A DNA stretch of 64,000 nt from Octopus vulgaris (taxonomy: Eukaryota). Where the stretch lies: contig OX597822.1 of NCBI GenBank assembly GCA_951406725.2, positions 91,884,001 to 91,948,000 of the forward strand, in the 5' to 3' direction. The position numbers were made by a program, and so were the translations under genes. The stretch's first letter is position 1, and every line of letters starts with the position of its first letter. Under the pieces are notes generated by a model that did no database searches, was not told the DNA's origin, and was given only the letters and a program-made list of their open reading frames with translations. Positions 41,278 through 53,558 of this stretch are shown in pieces.

Positions 41278-41676
41278 TATTTGTTGTCCAATAAGTAACC
41301 AAGTTTGTTCTTTTCAATTGTCTGATAAACACTTCAAGTTTTTATATCATGGATCAAGTGCTATTGCAATCTGTAATATTTCAATACTCTTCATGTCGGC
41401 TTCATGTTTTCTGAAGTCATTAACAGATACTGCCTTGAATCTGGTTATATAACCTAGATATTCATCATTTACATGTACTTTGTCAAAGACATTAACAGTG
41501 GCAATACACGGCTACATGACATATATTTTTCATCGCCAAACAGAACCATAGCCTGACAAATTAAGTCTAAAATGTTGATATATTTTGAAATCTTTTCCCA
41601 ATCAGAATCAAACAGTTTTAGACCTTTATATTGCTTCTCGTCGTCTGGAATATAGATGGTTATTGCTTCTCTGGCA

Positions 41677-42078
41677 TACTCTTTACTCTTTACTCTTTTA
41701 CTTGTTTCAGTCATTTGACTGCGGCCATGCTGGAGCACCGCAAATCGACCCCGGGACTTATTCTTTGTAAGCCCAGTACTTATTCTATCAGTCTCTTTTG
41801 CCGAACCAATAAGTGACGGGGACGTAAACACACCAGCATCGGTTGTCAAGCAATGCTAGGGGGACAAACACAGACACACAAGCACATACACACACATACA
41901 TTTATATATATATACATATATACGGCAGGCTTCTTTCAGTTTCCGTCTACCAAATCCACTCGCAAGTCATTGGTCGGCCTGGGGCTATAGCAGAAGACAC
42001 TTGCCCAAGATGCCACGCAGTGGGACTGAACCCGGAACCATGTGGTTGGTTAGCAAGCTACTTACCACACAGCCACAG
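41677..42078 (-). mobile_element. SINE family B
   Basis: Reverse complement of 42392-42801. Confidence 0.9.
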
Positions 42079-42391
42079 CAGACTCTGCAGCATTAGAAAA
42101 GCACTGTTCCATCTTGTTGGAACATCTTGTTGTAACTTACGCAATGGTGAATCACTACAATTCTGCAATTCAGTTGTGTAGATAGGGCTATGTTTAAAAT
42201 GTCCTATGATTTTTTGACATTTAACAAACGATGTTTCTGTTTCTGCAGTTTTAAATCCATGCAATATGTGCTCAACTGCAGGCTACGAGCAAAACCAATT
42301 TGTTTAACTGCTGAAACCAAATTTCGTGCATTGTCTGTTACTAGAACCTGAATCTTCTTTGTTATATCCCAATCTTCTACAAATTGTTTAT

Positions 42392-42801
42392 AGGCGCAGG
42401 AGTGGCTGTGTGGTAAGTAGCTTGTTTACCAACCACATGGTTCCGGGTTCAGTCCCACTGCGTGGCACCTTGGGCAAGTGTCTTCTACTATAGCCTTGGG
42501 CCGAACAAAGCCTTGTGAGTGGATTTGGTAGACGGAAACTGAAAGAAGCCCGTCGTATATATATTTATATATATGCGTGTGTGTGTTTGTGCATCTGTGT
42601 TTGTCCCCCTAGCATTGCTTGACAACCGATGCTGGTGTGTTTATGTCCCCGTTACTTAGCGGTTCAGCAAAAGAGACTGATAGAATAAGTACTGGGCTTA
42701 CAAAAGAATAAGTCTCGGGGTCGTGTTGCTCGATTAAAGGCGGTGCTCCAGCATGGCCGCAGTCAAATGACTGAAACAAGTAAGAGTAAAAGAGTAAAGA
42801 G
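42392..42801 (+). mobile_element. SINE family B, full length (tRNA-like head, internal microsatellite, (AAGAGT)n tail)
   Basis: GGCGCAGGAGTGGCTGTGTGGTAAG...GGTTCAGTCCC...CCTTGGGCAAGTG. Confidence 0.9.
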
Positions 42802-43204
42802 ATATAACTCAGCAACATTGTTAGAATAGTGATGTTCAACAACAAGTACACATTCAAGAATAACACTTATTAAATTCCAGTCATCAGCAATCTAATGGCC
42901 AGTGATTCTGCAATAACTTTCGTTACCCAGTGATGTCCAAAAATCAGATGTTAACACTGAATTTTTCACTACTTTTTTAACACTTTCTCTTTTGCTGTTA
43001 TAAATATCAACCAACATTTTATCAATAGTAGTTTATATTTGGTATTTTGAAGCGCTGTACACAATACTTGCTAAAGACCATCATTTTCTAGTATCAATAT
43101 TGGTCTACTGCTATTAGCTATCCAGTTTGCAAGTGATATTTTAACGTCATATTGTACAGTAGCACTCACCAGATGATCAGACCAACAATAAGACTGACTT
43201 AAAG

Positions 43205-43521
43205 TACATTATTTACATTTGATGGATATTTGTCCTCATCTTGTTTGTTGTTAAAACGTTTCAGCTGGTATACCCTCCATATGGCGTAGTGGTTAAGAGC
43301 CCAGGCTACTAACCCCAAGATTCCAAGTTCGATTCCAGGCAGTGACCTTGAATAATAATAATTAATAGTAATAATAACATCGAAAAATACCTTAGGAACG
43401 AGAACCCAGGTTTGAAATTTCCCCAAGACACCTGATGAAGGCTGGAGGGTAAAATCTGCCGAAATATCCGTCAAATGTAAATAATGTACATAATTCCTCA
43501 TCTCTTAATTATAGAACTGTA
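43205..43521 (+). mobile_element. tRNA-headed, hammerhead-tailed SINE with inverted 5' tail (copy 2)
   Basis: Inverted tail 43205-43278; tRNA head from ~43282; CTGATGA at 43432; TSD TGACTTAAAGTA at 43195-43206 and 43522-43533. Confidence 0.85.
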
Positions 43522-44380
43522 TGACTTAAAGTAGTCTGCTTGGAGGTAGATGACACTGCCACTATAGACTGACTAAATGAAACTGACTTTGCAAGCTGAG
43601 TTTCGAATACTGTAGCAAGTGTTTGTTTTGAAGGTGATAAGTAAGCGATGTGTTAGATCCATAAATGATTTGTCGCAATAGATGCAATAAACTTTACCAG
43701 CAGTTTTGATATTACCATCAGCCAACAATTTAAACCCAAAATGTTCATGCAATTGACCTAACATAGGTTTATATTTCATAACTCGATTCTTCTCCGCAGA
43801 CATTTTACTGTTGTTACTGTTGCTTCCCAACTTACCAGCTTATTTATTAATGATGGGTAGAAAATTGAATCTGAAACCAGTTAATAAAAATTTAATTGTT
43901 AAAACAAAAATGTAATCGTTAAAATAAATTAACGATTAATCGATTAATTAATCTTTAAATTCCACGGCCCTAATGTATATTTATATAGATAAAACAAGTA
44001 ATGCAAAAATATATTACAGAGGATATATCATAAACAATTTATAATTATTTATGAATATATCAATGGCCAAACATGTTATCATAAATACATAGAAGAAGAA
44101 TGTTTATAATTATGAACAAGTCACAGTTATAACTAAGAGGGTTTCAAAAACCCTTACATGTTTAGAAATAGCAGTCAAAACTGCTATAAAGCCACTATTA
44201 TCACTCATATTATTTCTACTCACGATAAAAGCTGTCTGCGGGCGACATGACATATAGAATTCACAACTTAAAAATAGATGGTTAATTCTCTATTGCAATT
44301 TCAACGTTAGGAACCTATTAAAGGTTCCATTTGTCTCGTCGGGAATATTCCTATAGATAGAAATCAATACAAGACCTTAC

Positions 44381-44403
44381 CTTGGGGCTTACATGTATCT
44401 CGA
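44381..44403 (-). CDS. Candidate 23-nt microexon (RDTCKPQ)
   Basis: ttattcttgccAG | 23 nt | GTAAGG with CAAG before the donor; phase 2 in and phase 1 out, compatible with the exons at 45540 and 2269. Confidence 0.25.
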
Positions 44404-44516
44404 CTGGCAAGAATAAACTATCTACACACTTAAGTTTTGAATTCAAATGTCATGCATAGTGTTTATAAGAAAAGACCGGTAAATTTGAGCAAACATACAA
44501 AAAAATATATATATAT

Positions 44517-45207
44517 GACATGGGATGTGGTGGTGAAGCATGACCTTCAAACACTGGGCCTCACCGAGGCAATGACTAGTGACTGGGACCTCTGGAAATA
44601 TGCTGTGCTTGAAAAAACTCGGCAAGCACAAGTGAGACCATAACCTTGTGGCCTACACCAGGGGTATAACCAGTCCACTTATGCATGCCTTTCCTTCATT
44701 GGACTCTAAATTCTGCTTGTGAAGACCTGTTGAGGCAAGTGAAATCAAAATCAAATTTGATGACTGGCATCTGTGCTAGTGGAGCGCTAAGAGTACCATA
44801 CGGGTGAGATCGGGGCCAGAGCAACAAGCTGGCCTCCGAGCCGATGGCACATTAAAAACACCATTCAAGCGTGATCGTTACCTGCGTCACCTTACTAGCA
44901 CTTGTGCTGATGGCATGTGAAAAAACATTCGAGCAAGGTCATTGTCAGTGCCGCTGGACTGGCTACTGTGCAGGTGACACATAAAAAGCACCATTTGAGC
45001 ATGGCCGTTGCCAGTACTGCCTGACTGGCCCTCATGCCGGTGGCACGTAAAAGCACGCACTGCACTCTCGGAGTGGTTGGCATTAGGGAGGGCATCCAGC
45101 TGTAGAAACTCTGCCAGATCAGATTGGAGTCTGGTGCAGCCATCTGGTTCACCAGACCTCAGTCTATGCTAGCATGGAAGGCGGGCATTAAACGACGATG
45201 GTGATGA
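44517..45207 (+). mobile_element. RTE LINE 3' fragment
   Basis: TWDVVVKHDLQTLGLTEAM; 3'UTR; (GAT)n tail. Confidence 0.85.
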
Positions 45208-45539
45208 TATATATATTTATATGTAATAAGGATAAAGTCATTATTTAATCATTTAGCAGTGGCCAGCATACTGAAATACCACACTGCTTAATTTATATTA
45301 AAATTACAATAAGAGCATTGAATAATTACATCAGTCTGCTAGAAACAGACACCAAATGGTCTGTGAACCACTAAAATTTTTTACTCCATTAAAAGGTTGT
45401 AAGCGAGGAAAATAGAAGTGAGGATTTATAAAATAGATTGGATAGTACCATAACTATAGATTTCATGGTTTGAGTTACTAAAACTTTTTCTGATTGTCAG
45501 TGGTAACACACCTAATGTAAATAAAGGAGAAATACTTAC

Positions 45540-45568
45540 ATACCGCCGTTGGCAGGGTCAATATACAT
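45540..45568 (-). CDS. Candidate initial coding segment (MYIDPANGG)
   Basis: ATG at 45568 after an in-frame stop; donor GTAAGT at 45539-45534 (alternative GTATGT 4 nt upstream). Confidence 0.2.
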
Positions 45569-45807
45569 GCATTTCACACGTATCCATGAATTTCAAAATT
45601 CAAGCATCTATTTCAACCATGCAGTTATTTACTCAGAATAGTTCTGCACCAAATATATTATAGGAGTGATTTAATATATATTTTTATTTAATGATTTATC
45701 AGTGGTCAGCATACTAAAATACCATAACTGTTTATTATTTTAGTGGTTCATAGACCCTTTGGCATTGTAATTATTCAATGCCCTTATTGTAATTATATAT
45801 ATATATG

Positions 45808-46785
45808 TCTTCTATATACATATAACAGAGAGATTCTGTCTGTCTATTTGTCCCCCAAAGTGAAACAAAAATCAGACACCATCTCTTTATGATTTTCTTT
45901 CTCTGTCTTCTCCCTTTATATTTTCTGTATGCCTGTCTCTTTGCTTGTCCTGCAAAGTGAAACTAAATCCAGATACCATCTCTCTGTGATTTTCTTTCTT
46001 CTCTATCAGTCTATTTTCCCTCTTTCCTTCCCTCTCTCTCTCTCTCTCTCTTTCTCTTTATTTTCCCTTCCTTCTTTCTCTGTCCCTCATTCTTTCTTTC
46101 TCTCTCTTTTTCCCTCACTAAAAGAACACACACACATCTTTCCTAATCTTCTTCAATACAGATTGGATCGGTGAGTGAGCTATCCTGGCTCCAAAAAGGT
46201 TGCAGTACATAGCATTAATAATATGCTATTGAATAAGCTTCCAGGAGAAATATTCACGTAAACTCAATTGACAGTGTTGTTGATGATCAGGATAGTGTTA
46301 ACTACCCCATTGAATTTTTGAACTCACTAGAACCACCAGGTACAGCTCCTCACTGTCTTCAGCTGAAAAAAGGACCCCTTATTATACTACTGTGTAATTT
46401 GTCTCAACCAAAATTATGCAATGGTACAAGATTAATTGTGCACAAATTTATGAGGAACTGCACTGAGGCAAATATTCTCACTGGTTGTGGTAAAGGTGAC
46501 ACCATCTTCATTCCTCACATACCAGTTATACCATCTAATGTCCCATCCCAATTTAAACGGTTACAGTTTCCTCTCCGAGTTTCTTTTGCCACGAGCATTT
46601 ATAAAAGTCAGGGCCAAGCTCTAAAAGTTGCTGGTTTGCAACTTCAAGAACCATGCTTTTCACATGGCCAACTTTATGTAGAAGCATCATGTGTGGATGC
46701 AAAAGCAAATCTTTTTGCTTATTCACCACAAAATAAAACAAAAAACATTGTTTATAATGAAATATTCACTCTTAATGCGGCATGA
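45808..46785 (+). mobile_element. Helitron derivative: 5' end plus Pif1-type helicase C-terminal fragment
   Basis: [40 protein letters not shown]...[33 protein letters not shown]; TCTTCTATATACATA start. Confidence 0.85.
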
Positions 46786-47464
46786 ATACTTCAATAACTT
46801 AATTTCCCATTACTATCATTACATTCAAGAATGTAATGATAGTAATGCAATCCAGGTTTAGTCCCCATTAATGTGGGTGGACGGATCTACCTCAATGCCA
46901 TAGCAACTGCCCTCACACCATCTCGCCATCTTACTCAGTTCTGGGCATCCTCCCTTCTCAACCCTCCCAATCTCCTTCTCCACCTGTTCCCTCCATGTTT
47001 TCCTCGGTCTGCCTCACTTTCACAGTCCATTTACCTCAAACTCAAGCACCCTCCTCAGAACATGTCTTTTTAGGTTTTTTCTAATGTCTTTTTAGGTTTT
47101 TTCCCTTTCCTTAATTTTTGCTACTGACAAATACTTTTTGACAACCCAGATTCTTAAAATGAATATATTGTCTTTCTGTATGAAACAAACTATATGAATA
47201 AAAATAATTTCAATCCATATTAACATCTAATCTCTTCCATTTTCGAAAAATATAATTGAATTTGTTGGACTTTGTTTTATACATTGAATCATATACTTAT
47301 GTAAATTTTCATATCTATGCTAATTTACACCAGTATGAAGAAACAATGTTAGAAACCTTTTGGAAACTACTCCAATTAAAGGACAAATTGACATTCAACT
47401 ATTTTAGAAAATAGATATATCTACAGATATATGCACATATTAACTTATATTATATATGTATATA

Positions 47465-48040
47465 TCATCATCATTGTTTAATGTCCACTTTCCATGCTGG
47501 CATGGGTTGGACAGTTTGACTGAGGACTGGCAAGCCAGATGGCTGCACCAGGCTCCAATCTGATCTGTAGTTTCTACATCTGGATGCCCTTCCTAATGCC
47601 AGCCACTCAGAGTGTAGTGGGTGCTTTTACATACCACCTGCACAGGAGCCAGTCCAATGGCACTGGCAATGACCTCGCTCAAATGTTGTTTTTCACATGC
47701 CACTGGCACAAGTGCCAGTAAAGCGATGCTGGTAACAATCATGCTCAGATGGTGCTTTTTACATGCCACCAGCACAGGAGCCAGTCAGCGGCCCTGGCAA
47801 CGATCACGCTCAGATGGTGCTCTTAGCGCTCCACTAGCACAGATGCCAGTCATCCAGTGCTGTCATTGAATTTGATTTTGATTTCACTTGCCACAACAGG
47901 TCTTCACAAGCAGAGTTTAGTATCCAATGAAGGAATGATACACATAAGTAGGCTGGTTATTCCACTGGCATAGGCCATGGGTTATGGTCTCATTTAGTTT
48001 GCCAGGTCTTCTGAGGCACAGTATATTCCCAAAGGTCTCA
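47465..48040 (-). mobile_element. RTE LINE 3'UTR fragment
   Basis: Matches 9028-9600. Confidence 0.85.
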
Positions 48041-48334
48041 ATACACACATATATGTATGTGTATATATATATATATATATATGTGTGTGTATAAAAAAGT
48101 GCCAATCTCTAACTGTGGACATGGGATGAGGTGGTGAAGCATGATCTTTCAACTTTGAACCTCACAGAGGCAATGACTGGTGACCAAGACCTTTGGCAAT
48201 ATGCTGTGCTTGAGAGGACCCATCAAGCCAAGTGCACTCATGCTCGTGGCACATTAAGAACATTTGGACGTTGGGCCTCATGAAGGTAAAGTGACTAAGT
48301 TCCTTTCAAGTGTTGAACCTCTCAGAGTTAAATC

Positions 48335-48640
48335 TCTCTGCAGCCTGAAAGATATTTCATTATCCAGGGAGCAAGGATAGCTGAGTGTGCTGCCCAAATA
48401 GACAAACCTGTCTACCACTTTCAGAATTGTTCCATCAACCAAGATAGCTGGTTCCACATATGGATTTTCTGGTGCAGGCTGGAACATTACAACAGTCTTG
48501 TCCAAGCTAATGCTGAGTCCAAATGCCTTGCAAGAAGCAGAAATACGATTCATAAGTATTTGCATGTCATCCACTGTATGAGTGACTAAGTCACAGTTAT
48601 CTGCATCAAAGAGGTTATGAATAAGAGACTGGAAAACTTT
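48335..48640 (-). mobile_element. RTE LINE RT fragment
   Basis: LFDADNCDLVTH...FGLSISLDKTVVM...FVYLGSTLS. Confidence 0.8.
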
Positions 48641-49619
48641 TGAATTGGCAGCATTCCATTCAGTTTTATCTCTTACACACAGCATCTGATTTTTTCTCAT
48701 ATTTGTTGTACACAAATTGACATTATACATTCAGTTTCACCTCTTTCAAGCTTTTGCATGTCCTCTGCATTCACATACACACACACACACACACACGAGA
48801 AAGAGGGAGAAAGTTGTGTTAAGATGACTCACTGTTACTGCTCTGTTTCACATGAACTATTTATTATAAAAAAATATTTTGAGCATTTGCATTTTTAAAA
48901 AATTGTATTGAATGGAAATTAATAAAAGAATTAAATTATAGAGCAGACAAGAATTAAATAGTTGTCAAATAATCTACAATGATTCACAAATATTCATAGT
49001 ATCTGATTTATTTGTAGTGCACTTAAGTAGGGAACTATCAGTTTACCAGCAACTCATAAGAAGCTGAATACTTTTGTAGATGAGATCTAGGTCAGTTGTC
49101 TAATATTACCAAAAACTAAATACAAAATTATGTAATAGAATAAAAAAGCTGCTAAACCAAATGGTTACATATGCAAAAGAATTGTTAATAAGTGAACAAA
49201 ACCAAGCTTATTGAAATCTACAGCTCCAAAATTTTTGTTTCTATTTCTTTGTTCAAAGCAGTTTGTAAATAAATGTTATATGTAGGATTAAAAGAGCTTG
49301 GAATAGGATTTTTTATATATTATATAAATATTTTAAAAAATGGTGAATTGCTTGTATATGAGTATATATAATGCACACATTATAAGGATCTGTATAAAAT
49401 AATGCAGACCTAAAGGTATAATTTATAAAAGTATAATCACAGTGTTTATAAAGGCATTTTATTGGCCTCAGAATAAGTGAAGTCAAATGGATGTAAGGGA
49501 AAGCAAGGGAAACTTAATATATCACAAGTAATTTTTGTTGGATCACCTTTTTCTGCTATTGAACACTGTTATACACACATATACACATCTGAACAAGCAT
49601 ATATATGTGCTTGGTGTAA

Positions 49620-49801
49620 GATTCTACATAGTTTCCATCTACCGTGTTTCACTTTTAAGGCATTGGTCAACCTGATGTGATGGTAAAAGATATTTGTCCA
49701 ATGTTTATATGATTCTACATAGTTTCCATCTACCATGTTTCACTTTTAAGGCATTGGTCAACCTGATGTGATGGTAAAAGATATTTGTCCAATGTTTATA
49801 T
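49620..49801. repeat. 91-bp tandem duplication inside a decayed SINE B
   Basis: Two units differing at one position. Confidence 0.9.
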
Positions 49802-50198
49802 TTTTGTAAAATGAAATCACACGGTTGTAAAACGAACTTCTTAACCACACAACCATGTTAAAAAATTGGAGTTTACCTCAAATAGGATGCTAACCAACAA
49901 CTATTCACTGACATGTCTACTCTTCTACAAAATTATGGAGCTTTGTGCACACTGCATATTTGTTCTGGGCTGAGTCACCCTTTATTAGCCAACCTCTTTT
50001 TTATTAAGTACATGCTACTCAGTAGACAACACAACAACAAAGTGCCAATCAAGGGCTATTCATACCATGCCACTGGTACTGCAGTGAAAACACAGCCAAG
50101 ATACATAGCTCATTTAATTTTTAGTTTGGATTTCAGAGTTGTTTACCTTCACTTTTACATTAAGAATTATTCATTAAAGCTAATGATTTTTGTTTTCA

Positions 50199-50415
50199 AG
50201 GCAGAAGCTGGCAGAAATGTTAGCATACTGGGCGAAATGCATAGCGGTATTTCATCTGTCATTACATTCTGAGTTCAAATTCCACCAGGTTTGACTTTGC
50301 CTATCATCCTTTTGGGGATCAATAGATTAAGTACCAGTTGCAAACTGGGGTCAATCTAATCGACTGGCCCCCTCCCCCAAAATTTCAGGCCTTGTACCTA
50401 GAGTAGAAAAGAATA
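50199..50415 (+). mobile_element. SINE family A
   Basis: Matches 5956-6173. Confidence 0.85.
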
Positions 50416-51136
50416 TTTTTTCAAATCCATTTTTTTTTACCAATCTATCTGCTATGCATTAATTGTTGTTATACACTGCAATGTATATTTATTTGTCATC
50501 GCTTTCATTTTTATTCGAATATATTTATTTGCCATTACTTTCATTTTATATCATCACAAGTATATATTTTATTTTTATCCCTATATATTATTAATTTTTA
50601 TATGAATGTTTACAGACATAAGTTACGTGAGAATTTAGTTTTTGTAAATTTTTATTTTTTATTCCTATTTTTTATTTTTATTTGTTTTTTAAAATGTTTT
50701 ATTTGAATTAAATTATGGCTTGCACAGTAAGGTCCTATTTACACATACACATACTTATATATTAAAATTAAAATATAGTATTTGGTATTGAAATATGATA
50801 GAGTTATTTAGAGGCCTGATGATTGGGGTTACATTTTAAGAAAGGTTGCTGTAAAATACTGTGTGCTTAAGGAACAGTAAAAGAACCTCAAGAAACACGT
50901 GTAGCCAAGAAATGAGTAGTAAGTATTAAATTAGATTAAAATTCTTTTATATGGTGGGATGAAGGGGACTACTATCTCTAAATAAAAAATATATATATTT
51001 CCTCATTGAGAATAATTTGAACCCCTGTGATGCCGGAATTTTTATTCCTTAATAAATAAAGTAAGATATGTATATATATATTTAATTCATGGCTTTAAAA
51101 TACAGACAGTCCGAATTGTTTCTCTTTATAATTTCC

Positions 51137-51313
51137 AAATACCTTAGGAATGAGAACCCAGGTTCGAAATTTCCCCAAGACACCTGATGAAGATTTATAT
51201 GTTTATATCAGCATAAACGTTGTGTTAACAACAAACAAGATGAGGACAAGTATCCATCAAATGTAAATAATATAAATAATGTACATAATGTCTCATCTCT
51301 TAAATATAGAACT
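51137..51313 (+). mobile_element. 5'-truncated hammerhead-tailed SINE (copy 3)
   Basis: Same body and tail as 43380-43518; CTGATGA at 51184; GAAA decayed to TAAA. Confidence 0.8.
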
Positions 51314-51314
51314 G

Positions 51315-52565
51315 TAACATAGCATGGTATGTAAAAAAATGTCACATAATTACTATTATTAGAAGTAAGAAGGTCAGGCTTGTGTAGGATGAAAGATTGC
51401 AAAGATAAAGTACTGTACAAGTAATTGAAAACAATTGAAACTGAAAATAGATAGGTAAAGAAAAAATGCATGGACAATTTCAAGGGATGTTGAAGATAAG
51501 ATAGACAGAGAAAAAAGATGGCTGTAGATGACTAAAAGTGATTTAAAACCGGAAACAGAGGCTCTAATCTATGCTGCCCAAGAGCAAGCACTAAGAACAA
51601 ACTACATAAAATACAGAGTAGACAACACATCAGAAAGTGATAAGTGCAGAATCTGTGGACAAAATGGTGAAACTGTATGGCATATTACCAGCCAATATAC
51701 ACCACTAGCCCAGAAGGAATATAAGAGATGCTACAACAATGTATATTTCTTTACTACCCACAAGGGGCTAAACACAGAGGAGACAAACAAGGACAGACAG
51801 ACAGATTAAGTCGATTATATCGACCCCAGTGCGTAACTGGTACTTAATTTATTGACCCCGAAAGGATGAAAGGTAAAGTCGACCTCGGCGGAATTTGAAC
51901 TCAGAACGTAACGGCAGAGGAAATACGGCTACGCATTTCGCCCGGCGTGCTAATGTTTCTGCCAGCTCGCCGCCAATAAATATATGCTACAACAATATAG
52001 CAAGGCTTGTCTATTGGACACTTTGCAACAAGTATGGACTTGACAGAGGAAAAAATTGGTACAACCACAAACCCGAAGGCATCATCTAAAATGATAATGC
52101 AATAATTCTATGGGATTTTATGATTCAGTGTGACCATGAGATAGAGAATAGGAAGCCAGACATAGTCTTAATTGAGAAAGAAACCAAACTCTGCTGGATC
52201 ATAGATATAGCATGCCCAGCTGACAACAAGGTATGCGATAATGAAGAAAGAAAAGTCAATAGGTATGACAGGTTAGTTTGGGAGGTAAAGCAGTTGTGGT
52301 CAATGAAAAAGGTGTTAGTGGCACCAATAATTGTCAGAGCCCTGGGAACAGTGAGTAAAAACCTCAAGAAGTACATGGAACAAATAGGGGATACAATAAG
52401 GGTGGAGCACTTGCAGAAAACAGCACTGCTTGGAACCGCTCGAATACTCCAGATTGTGCTAAAAAAATAAGGGGTATTACCTTAGTTCACTGGTATTGAA
52501 GAGCTGACACTATAGTACATCTCCAGTTATTAGAATCTGTGCAAAGGCAATAATAATAATAATAA
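51315..52565 (+). mobile_element. R4/Dong-clade LINE 3' region (CCHC-like and RLE), interrupted by SINE A at 51744-51975
   Basis: LKPETEALIYAAQEQALRT; CRICGQNGETVWHI; NRKPDIVL..IIDIACP; (TAA)n tail. Confidence 0.88.
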
Positions 52566-52789
52566 TTTCAAACTTTGACACAAGGCCAGCATGTCTGGGA
52601 GAGGGGTGAAATCAATTAAATCAACCCCAGTGTTCAACTGGTACTTATTTTATTGATGCTGAAAGTGAGGAAAAGTAAAGTCAACCGTGGTGGAATTCAA
52701 ATTCAGAATGTATAGATGGATGAAATACTGCTAAGCATTTCACCCTGCATGCTAACAGTTCTGCCAGTTCACCACCCTAATAATAATCA

Positions 52790-53558
52790 TCATCCTCATT
52801 ATCATTGTTGTTTAACGTCTGCTTCCCATGCTCGCATTGGTTGGACGGTTTGACTGAGGACTGCCATGGGAGTCAGTCGTACTGGCATTGGCCACACTCA
52901 TATGGTGCTCTTTAAGTGCCACCAGCATAGGTACCAGCCAGGCGATACTGGCATCAGCCATGACAACAATTTCACTTGCCTCAACAGGTCTTCTCAAGCA
53001 CAGCATATTGCTTGACAATTGAAAAATACTCTTAAATGGGCCAGTTATGCGACACTGGCATAGGCCACAGCTACAATTTCACTTGGCTTGAGGATCTTCT
53101 CAAGCACAGCATATCTCCAAAGGTCTCGGTCCCTTGACATTGCCTCTGTGAGGCCCAACATTCAAAGGTCATGCTTCACCACCTCATCCCAGGTCTTCCT
53201 GGGTCTACCTCTTCCACAGGTTCCCTCCACTGTTAGGGTGTGACACTTCACACAGCTGTCCTCATCCATACATAACACATGACCATACCAGCACAGTCAT
53301 CTCTCTTGCACACCACATCTGATGCTTCTTATGTTCAACTTTTCTCTCAAGGTGCTTACACTCGGTTGTGTATACACACTGACACTTTACACATCCAGCG
53401 GAGCTTACTAGCTTCATTTCTTTCAAGCTTATACATGTCCACAACAATCACAGCCCATGTTTCACAGCCGTCTAGCATAGCTGTTTGCACATATGCATCA
53501 TACAATCTACTTTTCACTCTGAGTAAGAAGCTCTTTGTTACCAGCAGAGGTAGGAGCT
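52790..53558 (-). mobile_element. RTE LINE 3' fragment
   Basis: Matches 9028-10030. Confidence 0.8.

Larger units (their letters stand above)
40465..43972 (-). mobile_element. hAT (Ac/ZBED1-like) transposon relic with nested SINEs
   Basis: BED finger VYCIYCDKSF..YHLQNKH; TSDFWTS; VTDNARN; HFKHS; QDVPTRWNS; dimerisation DPLQW..PKLALFAK.VLCI..VPCE; TAGG(G) termini with ATCGATTAAT subterminal repeats. Confidence 0.85.

Noticed and set aside
43282-43350. Genuine tRNA gene (also at 14522-14590 and 40124-40200)
   Set aside because: Acceptor stem incomplete and fused to repeat bodies with TSDs; these are SINE heads
46318-46785. Host PIF1 gene
   Set aside because: Intronless fragment with decayed motifs behind a Helitron 5' end
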